Source: an uncultured virus (IMG/VR IMGVR_UViG_3300002092_000039)
Lineage: Duplodnaviria; Heunggongvirae; Uroviricota; Caudoviricetes
Direction: 5' to 3' (one strand)
Length of the DNA stretch: 64,000 nucleotides
IMG/VR virus record: IMGVR_UViG_3300002092_000039
A model generated the notes under the pieces. The model worked only from the letters and a program-made list of their open reading frames with translations, ran no database searches and had not been told where the DNA came from. The position numbers and the translations under genes were made by a program. Positions within the stretch are counted from its first letter, which is position 1; each line of letters begins with the position of its first letter. Of this stretch, positions 29,294 to 38,885 are shown one piece after another.

Positions 29294-30085
29294 GTGCAAA
29301 TCATCTCAGGATATTTATATAACCAAAACATGGACGCGGTAATATTTCTTGACTCAGTCATCAATAGGGAGAACACCTTAGTGTATGCTAAACCTCTACA
29401 GATCTATAAAGGGATAGATAACAAGATCAAACTATTGATCAAGAATCAAGATCAGAAATTGCAGAACCTAACAGATGGTTATATCATTTTTAATCTAATG
29501 GACAGCGATACACGTGAGCTAATTCTTTCAAGACGAGCAATGATTACAACAGACAAGCGCGGTACAGCTTATGTTAATCTTGCCAATATGGATCTAATGG
29601 ACCTAACAGCAGGCATTTACAATTATAGTCTACAGTATACTACTGGTGAGAATGAACAGCGTGTAATTTATAGTGATGACCAATTCAATGCTCAGGGGCA
29701 AGCTCGTATAGTTGATGGTGTATATCCAAATTTTGTACCCAGTTTGGAACCACGCCTTGGTCCATTTAACAATAATAATCCAAATACAGGTGGATTTTAC
29801 GCTGACCCATCAACTGTAATTTCAGATGTTATGGAAGTTAAAGCACGATCAATTGCTCAAACTGTACAATATAATGTAACAGATTTTTTTGGAAGTGTTG
29901 TAATTGAAGGTAGTTTAAGTCCCACACTTACGGCGTATCCAGATGATTGGTTCTATATCACTGAAATAGATTTTATCTATAACAGTGGTTGTTATTCTCA
30001 GAATTTTGAAGGTAAGTTCAGTTTGATACGTTTTAAGATACACACTGAGAGTGGCACACTCGATAAAATTCTTTACCGTCCATAA
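29294..30085 (+). CDS. Putative virion structural protein
   Basis: TAAATA at 29269; beta-rich composition. Confidence 0.5.
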   Translation: MQIISGYLYNQNMDAVIFLDSVINRENTLVYAKPLQIYKGIDNKIKLLIKNQDQKLQNLTDGYIIFNLMDSDTRELILSRRAMITTDKRGTAYVNLANMDLMDLTAGIYNYSLQYTTGENEQRVIYSDDQFNAQGQARIVDGVYPNFVPSLEPRLGPFNNNNPNTGGFYADPSTVISDVMEVKARSIAQTVQYNVTDFFGSVVIEGSLSPTLTAYPDDWFYITEIDFIYNSGCYSQNFEGKFSLIRFKIHTESGTLDKILYRP

Positions 30086-30105
30086 TAATCATGCTATAAT
30101 AAAGT

Positions 30106-31128
30106 ATGTTTGATATCCAACATGAAATTGTTTCGGCGTGGACTCTTAGGCGCAAAGCCAAGAGCAATGCATCTGGTTGGATTAGTGCTAATGCAGTTTG
30201 TTGTCATCACAATGGACAGACAGCTGACACGAGAGGCCGCGGCGGGCTATTCCCCAGCAGAGCTGGCGCCGCCAGTTATCATTGTTTTAACTGTGGGTTT
30301 ACTGCAAATTGGCAACCTGGTAGGCGTATTAATCTCAAGATGCGAAAGCTATTGGGATGGATGGGTGTCAGTGAAGATGATATTCGTCGTATCAGTCTAT
30401 TTGCCCTGGGACAAATTGATACCAGTCAAGAAATTAAAAAGGAAGCAATTAAAGAACTTCCAAAATTTGAATGTAAAGAGGTGTGTCCTGGCCAAGAGCT
30501 ACTTGATTGGTTTGTTAATGCGGATGCAACTGCCAAAGACCTAGCGCAAGCAGAGGCAATGGTAAGCTACTTGGATAGTCGTGGACTTGGTGATAAACTA
30601 GAGTATTTTAGATGGCATAATGACACAACTACTCATATGTACAATCGTGTACTAATACCATTTACATGGTTGGGTCAACCAATGGGATATAGTGGGCGTA
30701 GCATTGTGCAGACCAAACGCAAATATTATACTGAGCACCCACCACATTTTGTTTACAACTATGACAAGCAGCAGCAGGATGCCAAGTTTTGTTTGGTAGT
30801 TGAAGGCGCATTTGATGCCATTGCTGTTGATGGGTTGGCTATTCTAACTAATGAGTGCAATGAATCACAGGCTATGATCGTCGACAGTCTTAATAGAGAA
30901 GTCATTGTTATACCCGACAGAGATAAAGCAGGTATGACATTGGTTAATGATGCTATGGAATATGGATGGAATGTGGCATTTCCAGACTGGGAAAAGGATA
31001 TCAAGGACTGCTCTGATGCCGTACAAAGATATGGGCAGTTGTTTACAATGAAAACAATATTGAACAGTGTAGAAAACAGTAACTTAAAGATTCAATTAAT
31101 GAGTCGAAGGTGGTTTAATGGAAATTAA
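30106..31128 (+). CDS. DNA primase (gp61/DnaG-like)
   Basis: Zn ligands CC..H/CFNC, TOPRIM VEGAFDA and PDRDKAG. Confidence 0.9.
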   Translation: MFDIQHEIVSAWTLRRKAKSNASGWISANAVCCHHNGQTADTRGRGGLFPSRAGAASYHCFNCGFTANWQPGRRINLKMRKLLGWMGVSEDDIRRISLFALGQIDTSQEIKKEAIKELPKFECKEVCPGQELLDWFVNADATAKDLAQAEAMVSYLDSRGLGDKLEYFRWHNDTTTHMYNRVLIPFTWLGQPMGYSGRSIVQTKRKYYTEHPPHFVYNYDKQQQDAKFCLVVEGAFDAIAVDGLAILTNECNESQAMIVDSLNREVIVIPDRDKAGMTLVNDAMEYGWNVAFPDWEKDIKDCSDAVQRYGQLFTMKTILNSVENSNLKIQLMSRRWFNGN

Positions 31129-32305
31129 TTCAATCGATCCTGCTCCATCGTCAATTACTCGCCCAACCTTTCTAGTAGATTGGATGGTTACAAAATATTG
31201 TAACTTGAACTGTAGTTACTGCGGGCCATATGATCACGACAACCATAGCCCTCATCCAGAATTTGAGAAAACCAAGAAAACTATTGACTTCATCTACGAG
31301 TATGTTGACCTATATATGACATATAAACGCGGCTGGCAAAAAGGGTTAGTGCTTAATGTATACGGTGGTGAAAGTTTAATTCATCCTGACATCGTTAATA
31401 TATTGCGGGAAATAAAACACCGTCATAAGGTGTATGAAGACAAGTGGCCTTTAACCGTACAGATTACTACTAATGCTGTAATTGGGTCAAACACATTGGA
31501 TAAAGTATTAGCGTATGTAGATGACTGGACTGTTAGCTTTCACAGTGAGTCATTACCTAAGCAACGAGAACTTGCGTTAAAGAACGTAAAAACTATTCAT
31601 GACAGTGGCAAAGCTGTCAGATGCATCATTATGATGAACCCAATGGCTTGGGATATATGTATGGCGGCAGTTGAATACTGTAAACTACACGGTATACGGT
31701 ATACTGCTAAGGCATTGGATACAGATGGCCCTTACAGTACGAACCCCAATAAGGATCTGTACTCGTATAATGATGAACAAATGAGTTTCATTAAAAATCA
31801 ATGGGTTGACAGCAAGAGTACTACAACTGCCGGCAAGCAACTATTAGTTGATAAGGTTGAAGCAACTGGACAAACAATTGCTAGGGATCAAGGTCGAGCC
31901 TGCTGTGGTGGAAGAAGCATGTGTGTTAACCAGGACTTTAAAAATAGAGTCAGTGCAGTCCCACTTTCCACCTTTACTGATTGGTATTGCAGCGTAAATT
32001 GGTATTTCCTACATATAAATCAACAAACTGGTGAGATTTACAATAATAAGGATTGTAGAACCAGCTTGTTTAATAAGGTAGAGCCGGTTGGTAATCTAAA
32101 TGATACAGCATCAATAGTTGTCCAGCATAGGGAATGGTTGGAGCAGGGTACTATGCCCGTAATCAAATGCATTAAGCCTACATGCAATTGTGGAATTTGC
32201 GCACCCAAGGCACGAGACATAACTACATTTAAATCAGTCATGCGGAACCATTGGACAGAAGATCGCTGTATAGATGGTTCTATTCTTGATTTCCCCAAAC
32301 AATGA
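31118..32305 (+). CDS. Radical SAM protein with Cys-rich C-terminus
   Basis: CNLNCSYC, YGGE, TTN, SFHSE, CxxxxCxCxxC tail. Confidence 0.9.
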   Translation: MEINSIDPAPSSITRPTFLVDWMVTKYCNLNCSYCGPYDHDNHSPHPEFEKTKKTIDFIYEYVDLYMTYKRGWQKGLVLNVYGGESLIHPDIVNILREIKHRHKVYEDKWPLTVQITTNAVIGSNTLDKVLAYVDDWTVSFHSESLPKQRELALKNVKTIHDSGKAVRCIIMMNPMAWDICMAAVEYCKLHGIRYTAKALDTDGPYSTNPNKDLYSYNDEQMSFIKNQWVDSKSTTTAGKQLLVDKVEATGQTIARDQGRACCGGRSMCVNQDFKNRVSAVPLSTFTDWYCSVNWYFLHINQQTGEIYNNKDCRTSLFNKVEPVGNLNDTASIVVQHREWLEQGTMPVIKCIKPTCNCGICAPKARDITTFKSVMRNHWTEDRCIDGSILDFPKQ

Positions 32306-32320
32306 GTGTATATTAAATAG

Positions 32321-33712
32321 ATGTCAACATCGTATGATACGGGTATTCAAAAGCTATTTCTTGAAATGATGATGCAGGATCCACAGAGTTTTGTGCGTGT
32401 GCAGAACATCTACAATGTTGAAAACTTTGATCGTAGTTTAAAGACTGCCGCTGAGTTCATTAAGACACATTGTGCCAATCACAATACTATGCCAACATTT
32501 GAACAAATCAATGCCGTGTGTAAGACTGATTTACAGCCAGCACCTGGATTGAACGAGGATCATTATAATTGGTTCCTTGATGAGTTTGAGGGCTTTACAA
32601 AACAAAAGGAACTTGAGAGAGCTATCCTAAAAGCAGCTGACTTGCTGGAAAAGGGCGACTATTCTCCTGTTGAAAAGTTGATTAAAGATGCAGTACAGAT
32701 CAGTCTAACTAAAGACATGGGCACTGACTATTTTGCAGATCCAAGGGCAAGACTCATGCGTATTAAAGACAACAATGGACAAGTATCAACTGGTTGGCTA
32801 ACCTTAGATAAGCTGCTGTATGGTGGATTCAATAGAGGCGAGCTAAACATCTTTGCAGGCGGCTCCGGCAGTGGTAAGTCATTGTTTATGCAGAACATCG
32901 CAGTTAATTGGATGCTGTTGGGACTTAATGGAGTTTACATTACACTGGAACTCAGTGAAGAGTTAACCAGTATGCGTATTGACAGTATGCTTGCCAATAT
33001 TAGCAGCAAAGATATCTTTAAGGAGATTGATGCTGTTGATATGAAGATTCGTATGGTTGGTAAAAGGGCAGGCAACTTGCAAATCAAGTATATGCCAGCT
33101 CAGAGTACAGTAAACGACATCCGTGCTTATCTTAAAGAACTACAGATCAAGACAGGGCAAAAGCTGGACTTTGTAATGTTGGATTACATGGATCTATTGA
33201 TGCCAGTTAGTGCAAAGGTAAGTCCCAGTGATTTGTTCGTCAAGGACAAGTATGTGGCAGAAGAAGTGCGTAACTTGGCTAAAGAGCTACAGATGTTGCT
33301 GGTAACAGCAAGTCAGTTAAATCGAAGTGCAGTTGAAGAGATTGAATTTGATCACAGTCACATTAGTGGTGGTATCAGTAAGATCAATACTGCGGATAAC
33401 TTGTTTGGTATCTTTACCAGCAGAGCAATGCGTGAGCATGGCAGGTATCAATTGCAGTGTATGAAGACTAGAAGTTCAAGTGGTGTTGGTCAAAAGATTG
33501 AACTTGAGTTTGATATCGATACATTGCGTATTCGTGATGCTCCTGAATCAGATAATGGTATTAATAAGAAGCCCAGCAATATTATGAGTCAAATTAAGCA
33601 AAAGACAACAGTGACACCCGCCACTACAGAAGCTCCTGCTGGTAAAATTACTGCTGAAGTCAATAGTAGTAAGCTGAAGCAGATGTTAAACAATATCAAA
33701 TCCACTAACTAA
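32321..33712 (+). CDS. Replicative DnaB-like helicase (gp41-like)
   Basis: GGSGSGKS, TLELSE, LDYMDL, TASQLNR, KTR. Confidence 0.93.
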   Translation: MSTSYDTGIQKLFLEMMMQDPQSFVRVQNIYNVENFDRSLKTAAEFIKTHCANHNTMPTFEQINAVCKTDLQPAPGLNEDHYNWFLDEFEGFTKQKELERAILKAADLLEKGDYSPVEKLIKDAVQISLTKDMGTDYFADPRARLMRIKDNNGQVSTGWLTLDKLLYGGFNRGELNIFAGGSGSGKSLFMQNIAVNWMLLGLNGVYITLELSEELTSMRIDSMLANISSKDIFKEIDAVDMKIRMVGKRAGNLQIKYMPAQSTVNDIRAYLKELQIKTGQKLDFVMLDYMDLLMPVSAKVSPSDLFVKDKYVAEEVRNLAKELQMLLVTASQLNRSAVEEIEFDHSHISGGISKINTADNLFGIFTSRAMREHGRYQLQCMKTRSSSGVGQKIELEFDIDTLRIRDAPESDNGINKKPSNIMSQIKQKTTVTPATTEAPAGKITAEVNSSKLKQMLNNIKSTN

Positions 33713-34592
33713 AATCAACTGCACTAACATACTGTCTCTTTTTAATTTCAGACAGTATGGATTCTTTATTGTTATAGATCATTTTACCAATATAGATATA
33801 TCCTGGACGTAATCGTGGGTCATACTCTTTAAACCCGCGTGATTCAAAGAACGGTCTGTGTTTCCTAAAATAACTCAGACAGTTTTCTCTATTAATCCTA
33901 CTTTCAATTGTGTCATTATCACTGAGTGTTACTCTAAAGTCAGCTGAGAAATATTCCCATGGTTTAAAGGCATCATCATGTATATACTGGTCATTGTCCT
34001 TCATTAATTCTTCAAGTGTTTTACCAATCTCAACATAGTTTAGGTATAAGCCACCAAATTCATAGCAGTCAGTTAGATAATCGTAGTCTTTGATGTTTAA
34101 CTTTTCTGTTTTGGGTAATTGGAAATATGTAACAACAAAGCGTGGTTGATTACTTCTTTGTAAGCTTTCAATACGATGCACACATACATTTAAATCAGCC
34201 AAAGCCTTCCTAACTTCAACACTTGCGTTATTCCAATATACAGTATCTTGTTGATCCAATAGTCCATGATATTCTTCAAAGATGTGATGTAGATAATTGA
34301 GTGTGTCCTGATCCATAATGGAATCTAGATGTCTATCAATCATATGAATGTAGCTGTTTATTGTGTTTATATTGTTGTTAATTTTATCAAGTGCTGCGGT
34401 AATTTCATTTGGTTTATCATTGAGACCATAAAACCGTTTTGGGTCGTCAATTTGGTAATTTTTACGTTGTGCTATAGTGACTAGCTGTTGCCATCTGGCA
34501 GCTATATCCGTTGGGAATATATTGAAATCTAATACTAACTTATTGTCTTGATTAAGTTGGTCAGATAAAGTAATATGACATTGTGTTGACAT
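33705..34592 (-). CDS. Hypothetical protein, paralog of 3568-4494
   Basis: LNYLHHIFE, LNVCVHRIE, IGKT. Confidence 0.7.
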   Translation of the reverse strand: MSTQCHITLSDQLNQDNKLVLDFNIFPTDIAARWQQLVTIAQRKNYQIDDPKRFYGLNDKPNEITAALDKINNNINTINSYIHMIDRHLDSIMDQDTLNYLHHIFEEYHGLLDQQDTVYWNNASVEVRKALADLNVCVHRIESLQRSNQPRFVVTYFQLPKTEKLNIKDYDYLTDCYEFGGLYLNYVEIGKTLEELMKDNDQYIHDDAFKPWEYFSADFRVTLSDNDTIESRINRENCLSYFRKHRPFFESRGFKEYDPRLRPGYIYIGKMIYNNKESILSEIKKRQYVSAVDFS

Positions 34593-34644
34593 ATTCATAT
34601 CTATCATTGACGCTGATATACAATAAATAAAATGGGGATACTTT

Positions 34645-34896
34645 TTGCGTAAGACGACTCGTAGTTTATTAGATGAGATTAGTACTATGGTTCCATCTCG
34701 CGATCGCAACCTTGTGATCGAGAGTCGTGCCAATCATATCATTAGTAGTGCTATAAATTTAATGCAGATGATTAGAGAAACCTACGAAGGTGACGACGCT
34801 GAAGAACTGGAAAGAAGACTAATTAATAGTATCAGAGGAAAAGATCCCAACAAGTTTATTAGAGGGCTCAGGAGAATTAGAGATGAAGAGCAGTGA
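34645..34896 (+). CDS. Small late hypothetical protein
   Basis: TAAATA at about 34624, TTG start, coupled to next ORF. Confidence 0.7.
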   Translation: MRKTTRSLLDEISTMVPSRDRNLVIESRANHIISSAINLMQMIRETYEGDDAEELERRLINSIRGKDPNKFIRGLRRIRDEEQ

Positions 34897-35467
34897 TATA
34901 GTCAATGAAGGCATTTGGGATGATATGAAAGCTGGCTATAAAGCCGGCAAGGATGACTATATCAAGCGTCAATATGCTCAAATGCAAGCCGATAAGAAAG
35001 CACAGCGAGCAGCAGGAAAAGCAGCCCCTGCTGCACCAGTAAAAGCACCTAGAACTAGAAAGTCAGCAGCAACTACGGCTGCACCAGCCCCTGCGGCAGC
35101 AGCACCGGCAGGAACACCTGCTGCGCCAGTAAAAGCACCTAGAACTAGAAAGTCAGCAGCAACTACGGCTGCACCAACAGTAACTCCACCAACTAAAGCT
35201 GCTCCTGCTACAACAGCAGCGCCTGCCGTGACTCCTCCAGCACCAGCAGGATCACCTTCGGCAGCCACAACAGTCCCTCCCGCTACCAAAGTAAAAAGAT
35301 CTAAGGCAGTGCCTGCACCTAAAGCAGCACCTGTTGCGGCAGCAGATACCCCAATGACATTTGCTCAAATACAAAAATCATTGGATACTTTGAGTAAATC
35401 TGAGCTAAACAAGATACTGACTACAGTAATTGGTAAGACTAATACTAGAGTTTCAGCTGGGAAATAA
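34883..35467 (+). CDS. Ala/Pro/Lys-rich putative head-internal protein
   Basis: MKSSDIVNE leader; low-complexity basic repeats. Confidence 0.6.
   Translation: MKSSDIVNEGIWDDMKAGYKAGKDDYIKRQYAQMQADKKAQRAAGKAAPAAPVKAPRTRKSAATTAAPAPAAAAPAGTPAAPVKAPRTRKSAATTAAPTVTPPTKAAPATTAAPAVTPPAPAGSPSAATTVPPATKVKRSKAVPAPKAAPVAAADTPMTFAQIQKSLDTLSKSELNKILTTVIGKTNTRVSAGK
35027..35176 (+). repeat. 60-bp direct repeat, 90-bp period
   Basis: 35027-35086 vs 35117-35176, one mismatch; encodes PAAPVKAPRTRKSAATTAAP. Confidence 0.95.
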
Positions 35468-35496
35468 ACACAGTAGTAACACAAATAATGTGTTTG

Positions 35497-35524
35497 AGAA
35501 GGGGTAGCAATACCCCTTCTTCTT
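35497..35524 (+). terminator. Intrinsic terminator (GCAA tetraloop)
   Basis: agaaggggta-gcaa-taccccttct. Confidence 0.8.
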
Positions 35525-35579
35525 GGCATCAGGCATAAATAATTACAGCGTTATACACGCAATTTTTTGGAGAAATAAA

Positions 35580-35972
35580 ATGGCAGAGATTGGTAGAATT
35601 AATGGTAGTCCAGCAGCTGGACAGTTTTATGGTTATAACTTCGTTGTAATTAAGGTTGCAAACAGCAACAACGTATTCACTGCTGATACAGTAGATGGTA
35701 CAACTAAGATCATCACACCAGGTGGTTACAGTGGTGCAGTTAAGGCTCTTGCACAGATTGGTTCATTGATTGTTCTAGGTACTCAGGCAGCTGGTACTTT
35801 CACTGCAATCGTTGACGCAGCAACAGTTAACAACGGTGCTGGTGGTACAACTACTGGTGCTTATGGCGCATTGAAGGATGCTCTTGTATCACAGATCGGT
35901 GGTTCAGCAGGTGACTATACAGTAACAACAAGTACAGCTCTAAACGGCGCTGGTACATTCACTTACGCTTAA
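35580..35972 (+). CDS. Putative abundant virion/decoration protein
   Basis: Own TAAATA, GGAG RBS, Gly/Ala/Thr-rich, bracketed by terminators. Confidence 0.55.
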   Translation: MAEIGRINGSPAAGQFYGYNFVVIKVANSNNVFTADTVDGTTKIITPGGYSGAVKALAQIGSLIVLGTQAAGTFTAIVDAATVNNGAGGTTTGAYGALKDALVSQIGGSAGDYTVTTSTALNGAGTFTYA

Positions 35973-35993
35973 TTTAATTAAGTATAGTAAACT

Positions 35994-36021
35994 AGAAGGG
36001 GCAGCAATGCCCTTTCTTTTT
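35994..36021 (+). terminator. Intrinsic terminator (GCAA tetraloop)
   Basis: agaaggggca-gcaa-tgccctttct plus T-run. Confidence 0.85.
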
Positions 36022-36049
36022 GTCTGAATTTCACAGCACTAAGTAAACC

Positions 36050-36445
36050 GTGTCAGAAGAACTCCCCACATACACCTGTTATACCTTATTCAATATTCCT
36101 GATAAAGGTGACCGTAACATCATAAGAAACTGGAATACTGTTGTACAAGTTGCAAGCTTACGCTGTCAGCCTTACATAACTAAATTCCCACAATTTGTAG
36201 AAACCGATTTGGAAAGATTTAACTTTGGATCCTCATATACAGGAATAGCCAAAGTTTGGAGTTTTGAATTCAGTGTTGACCACTCAGAAATATTTGCAGT
36301 AGACGAAGATCCAATTGCAAATCTAAAGAGTGATAGCAATTTAGTTCCAATGAAAGATTATAACAACATTATAATTGGCCCACGATGCTTGATATCTTAC
36401 GGGGAGCAATGCAATATCTATTATGTTTTTAATAACAAAAATTAA
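36050..36445 (+). CDS. Hypothetical late protein
   Basis: TAAGTA 4 nt before GTG. Confidence 0.65.
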   Translation: MSEELPTYTCYTLFNIPDKGDRNIIRNWNTVVQVASLRCQPYITKFPQFVETDLERFNFGSSYTGIAKVWSFEFSVDHSEIFAVDEDPIANLKSDSNLVPMKDYNNIIIGPRCLISYGEQCNIYYVFNNKN

Positions 36446-36469
36446 TAAATAATTTATAGGAATATTAGC

Positions 36470-36757
36470 ATGAGCAACACTACTACATTCACTAGCCCCA
36501 CGGATATAGAGAAAGAGAGTTTAGAAGCTCATGTTGAGTTGTGTGCTCAAAGATACGACTCGATGAAGGGCAATATGGAACGCATGGAAGAACGCCTAAC
36601 CAATTTGGAAACAATGGTCAAACAGATAAAAGACATGTTGGTTGAGAAAGAAAATTCAGCGTATAAAAAATTATTGGGAATTGGCTTCACAATCATAGGC
36701 TCATTGTTAACTACTATGTTGGGGTTGGGAATTTACTTACTAAAGCTTCCTCATTAA
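36470..36757 (+). CDS. Coiled-coil protein with C-terminal TM helix
   Basis: LEAHVELCAQRY, heptads, hydrophobic tail; late promoter and AGGA RBS. Confidence 0.7.
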   Translation: MSNTTTFTSPTDIEKESLEAHVELCAQRYDSMKGNMERMEERLTNLETMVKQIKDMLVEKENSAYKKLLGIGFTIIGSLLTTMLGLGIYLLKLPH

Positions 36758-36792
36758 TTGACTTTTTGTCACAGTACTGTTATACTGTATAA

Positions 36793-37221
36793 ATGACATC
36801 AAGCAAAGCTCTAAACAAAATTGAAACGTTCGTAAAAGAACAAGTGCAAAGTCCAAGCTCGGTCGTTATTACTGAGACTGGTAAAGGCTATAAGGTGAAT
36901 AATTATCGTATTCACTTGATCAATGATTATTGGGTTCTATTAGATATCAAAGGTATAGAGATACAACGCTTTTTAAGCCAGCGACTAGCAGTCTTATCAG
37001 CAGCATTAACCGTTAAAAAGAAGCATAATTTGACAATGGTGGTTGCAAATTTGGATAAGCAACTCAATGGTCTTAATCATGACAAGCGATTGTTTGAATA
37101 TAAGGTAGTGAAAAGTATTAAGAGTCATTTGTTTGAGGATAGACTCAGTAGAACAATGGGAGAGCTCTCAACCGTATATTATCAGATTTCAGAATTAGAA
37201 AAATCTGTTGGTCTGCAATAA
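36793..37221 (+). CDS. Hypothetical protein
   Basis: TTGACT-N17-TATACT promoter 6 nt upstream. Confidence 0.7.
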   Translation: MTSSKALNKIETFVKEQVQSPSSVVITETGKGYKVNNYRIHLINDYWVLLDIKGIEIQRFLSQRLAVLSAALTVKKKHNLTMVVANLDKQLNGLNHDKRLFEYKVVKSIKSHLFEDRLSRTMGELSTVYYQISELEKSVGLQ

Positions 37222-37244
37222 ATACATTAAACGAGGAATTGATC

Positions 37245-38180
37245 ATGTTCGTTACAGAGTTTGGCAAAAATTTATCAAGCCATGAATTAAACAAGCAATT
37301 AGAAGGCGTTTATAAGTGGCGTCTTAACCTGTCAGAAATGACAGTAAATGATGCTCGAGATGCATTGCACAGAGTAACAACTAAGATTCATAGAATCAAA
37401 TCAAGCACAATGGCTCATCAAGCTGAACGTAATCCACAGTTCACTGAAGCTTTGTTGGTGAGCAAAGTTCTCGAGTCATGGTTGGGTGAATACAATGAGA
37501 TGCTCATTGAGCGTACTCTAAAGAAGAACGAACTTGACAAGCGTGAAAAGTATGTTAAGGGCATGAAGAAAGTCAAGGGCGACTTTAAGAAGCGTTATGG
37601 TAAAGATGGCGATTCTGTCATGTATGCTACAGCTACTAAGATGGCCAAGAAGGAATCTGTTGAAGAAGCAATGGATGTTCTTAGAGGCATTCTTTCTGGT
37701 TCATCATATTTGATGGAAGGTGAAGTTGATCAGGCATCAGCAATTGTTGCTGCTCGCGGCATGGTTGACGAAATCCAGAAGATGGTTGAAAAGATCAGTG
37801 CTATGGTTAACGAAGAGCTTCCTCCTCTTATGGATACCATTCGTGATCGTGTTGGTGATGAGCAGGCACAGGCTTTCGGTGCTGCTGCTACACAAACACT
37901 AACTCCTCTACTTGATGCTGTCAAGGCTGCTCGTGAAGGAATGGATGGTGCTGCTCGTACGGTTGCTGGTGAGGCTCCTGCCCCAATGGCTACTGGTGGT
38001 GAGTTAGGTGCTGGTGCTGCGCCCGGCGCTGATTTAGGTGCTGAACCTGCTGCTCCTGAAATCGGTGCTGAGCCTGCTGCTCCTGAAGCTGGTGCTGAAA
38101 TTCCACGTGCCAATGACATGGCAACAAGTGATGCTGCCGCTGGTGGTAGTGCTGAATTAGGCCGAGGCATGAGAGCATAA
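37245..38180 (+). CDS. Putative prohead core/scaffold-like protein
   Basis: Late promoter, GAGG RBS, helical, KKRYG..VMYATATKMAK insert, acidic Ala/Pro tail. Confidence 0.55.
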   Translation: MFVTEFGKNLSSHELNKQLEGVYKWRLNLSEMTVNDARDALHRVTTKIHRIKSSTMAHQAERNPQFTEALLVSKVLESWLGEYNEMLIERTLKKNELDKREKYVKGMKKVKGDFKKRYGKDGDSVMYATATKMAKKESVEEAMDVLRGILSGSSYLMEGEVDQASAIVAARGMVDEIQKMVEKISAMVNEELPPLMDTIRDRVGDEQAQAFGAAATQTLTPLLDAVKAAREGMDGAARTVAGEAPAPMATGGELGAGAAPGADLGAEPAAPEIGAEPAAPEAGAEIPRANDMATSDAAAGGSAELGRGMRA

Positions 38181-38181
38181 T

Positions 38182-38532
38182 ATGAAACTGTTGGAGGTTG
38201 AGCCCAATTTCATTATGGGGCAAAGTGGAACTTTAATGACAATCCTCCAACATCTTGAATCAAAGATGGGGAAGGGCACAAAAGTTCCAATTGCTGCCAT
38301 TTCCAATCTTATGCGTAATGTAGGGTATAACTTAACTTACGATGAATTCAAAGCAATGTTTGACTCAGATCCAAATATTCAAAAACTTGTAAGTAATTTT
38401 AATCAAGATGAAATTACAATTGGTCCCAGTGCCGAAGATGAACTAGCTGACCAAGGGGCTGATCAGGAAGGTGGTGCGGCAACTGTGGATCAAATGGCAC
38501 AGACTGCTGCACAAAACAATATAGCAAAATAA
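38182..38532 (+). CDS. Hypothetical head-associated protein
   Basis: MKLLEVE start; follows scaffold-like gene. Confidence 0.6.
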   Translation: MKLLEVEPNFIMGQSGTLMTILQHLESKMGKGTKVPIAAISNLMRNVGYNLTYDEFKAMFDSDPNIQKLVSNFNQDEITIGPSAEDELADQGADQEGGAATVDQMAQTAAQNNIAK

Positions 38533-38546
38533 CTTGGAATAAAATT

Positions 38547-38885
38547 ATGATCTCAGCCGTAGATGCAAGAACAGAAAGTATAGCAAATATTAATGTTGAA
38601 ACTGAGATTTTCATCATCAACATTAATATACTTAATGCTATTACCAGTGGGCAACTAAATGCTATTGTTGCTGGCGCTACTGAGACATATATTATGGAAA
38701 CTATGATTACTGGGTCACCAATGACCACTAGTCAAGTATATTATGATTCTTGGCAATCAGTGATAATCAATCCACCTAAGACAAGTGAAATGAATAAAGT
38801 TATTGACTATTTCACTAAATTAGGCTATGCTGTAAGTCGTCAGAGCAACGATGGAATGCATATATTTTGGAACATCAGCTGGTAA
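38547..38885 (+). CDS. Hypothetical protein
   Basis: Full ORF ending FWNISW. Confidence 0.65.
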   Translation: MISAVDARTESIANINVETEIFIININILNAITSGQLNAIVAGATETYIMETMITGSPMTTSQVYYDSWQSVIINPPKTSEMNKVIDYFTKLGYAVSRQSNDGMHIFWNISW

